Shown here: positions 63,373 through 64,000 of the stretch, in pieces
Layout of the letters: every line of letters starts with the position of its first letter
Numbering within the stretch: the stretch's first letter is position 1
Source: Gemmatimonadales bacterium
Lineage (GTDB): Bacteria > Gemmatimonadota > Gemmatimonadetes > Gemmatimonadales > GWC2-71-9
Assembly (NCBI GenBank): GCA_965249575.1
Contig: OZ252244.1
Span: 1,216,001 to 1,280,000, forward strand
Direction of reading: 5' to 3'
Length of the DNA: 64,000 nt
Position numbers and translations under genes: made by a program
The notes under the pieces: model-generated
Databases searched by the model: none
What the model was told of the DNA's origin: nothing
What the model saw: only the letters and a program-made list of their open reading frames with translations

Positions 63373-63996
63373 CTATTTGGGGCCCCTGAAGGAGAGGATG
63401 TCGTCCGCCCAGGCCCTCCATTCCTCGTAACTCGGGAAATCCTCCATGCCTTGCCGGTCCTCGGGCGAGGCGACCAGCGTGACGCGCTCCATTGAGACCG
63501 TATCGTTTGGTGCCTGATCCCGATGCCAGGTGAACGCTCCGTCGAGCGCACCCCCCCCAAGCTCGCCGTCGAACCGAACGATGTCGCGGGACGGGACGAA
63601 GTCGTTGCCGGCCTCGTCAAAAACATATCCCACGGAGAGCCGCGCTCTGAATGCCAGCCGGCATGACCCGGTGTCGAACGAGACGGCCTCCAGCTCCCCG
63701 GTGGGGGGAGCTCCCGCGAGACCACCGGGCTGCGCGACGAGCAGCCCAAGGAGGCGCTGCCCGTCCCACCACAACTCGGCGGCGTACCCATACTGATGCT
63801 CGGCGGTATGGCGCATGTTCGAGAAAGCATCGATTACGGTGATGCGCCCGGGCGGTTGGCCGATGGCCTCGAGACCATCGTGACAGACAGCGCTCGGTCC
63901 CAGACGGGGGCCGTTCAGCTGAGATGCGACGAGGGCGGCGGAGCAAGCCAACCGCAACGGGCTCGTGACGACTCCCCGGGGACGGTTCGGGTTCAT
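63373..63996 (-). CDS. Hypothetical secreted protein
   Basis: 207-aa ORF with an N-terminal hydrophobic segment. Confidence 0.5.
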   Translation of the reverse strand: MNPNRPRGVVTSPLRLACSAALVASQLNGPRLGPSAVCHDGLEAIGQPPGRITVIDAFSNMRHTAEHQYGYAAELWWDGQRLLGLLVAQPGGLAGAPPTGELEAVSFDTGSCRLAFRARLSVGYVFDEAGNDFVPSRDIVRFDGELGGGALDGAFTWHRDQAPNDTVSMERVTLVASPEDRQGMEDFPSYEEWRAWADDILSFRGPK

Positions 63997-64000
63997 CGAG

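Overview
This is a high-GC bacterial window; the gene style (DUF4384, DUF5916, CocE/NonD hydrolases, Zn-finger Ser/Thr kinase) suggests Gemmatimonadota, which is an inference. Its dominant feature is a dispersed tandem array of 16 paralogous minus-strand genes between 2980 and 50021. They encode secreted ~450-aa LVIVD-like/choice-of-anchor-B-like beta-propeller proteins. Nearly all share four His motifs (FHN, YHD, GHTF, HNxE) and a near-invariant C-terminal tail, but they fall into four subfamilies with swapped loop signatures. The array is interleaved with peptide/amide hydrolases (serine hydrolase, S9, CocE/NonD, M19), a PLP decarboxylase, an APC permease, a Tat two-domain multicopper oxidase, a kinase module and a sigma54 module. 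It is flanked by rho/MFS/SDR on the left and CPBP, glnA, a TetR-TolC-MFP-RND operon, an S51 peptidase and a second CocE on the right. A small intergenic repeat family and 7-nt-periodic hairpins sit between genes. Many frameshifts and at least six apparent deletion junctions point to assembly error or genome decay. No rRNA, tRNA, CRISPR array or transposase was recognised. Family assignments come from motif recognition, not database searches.
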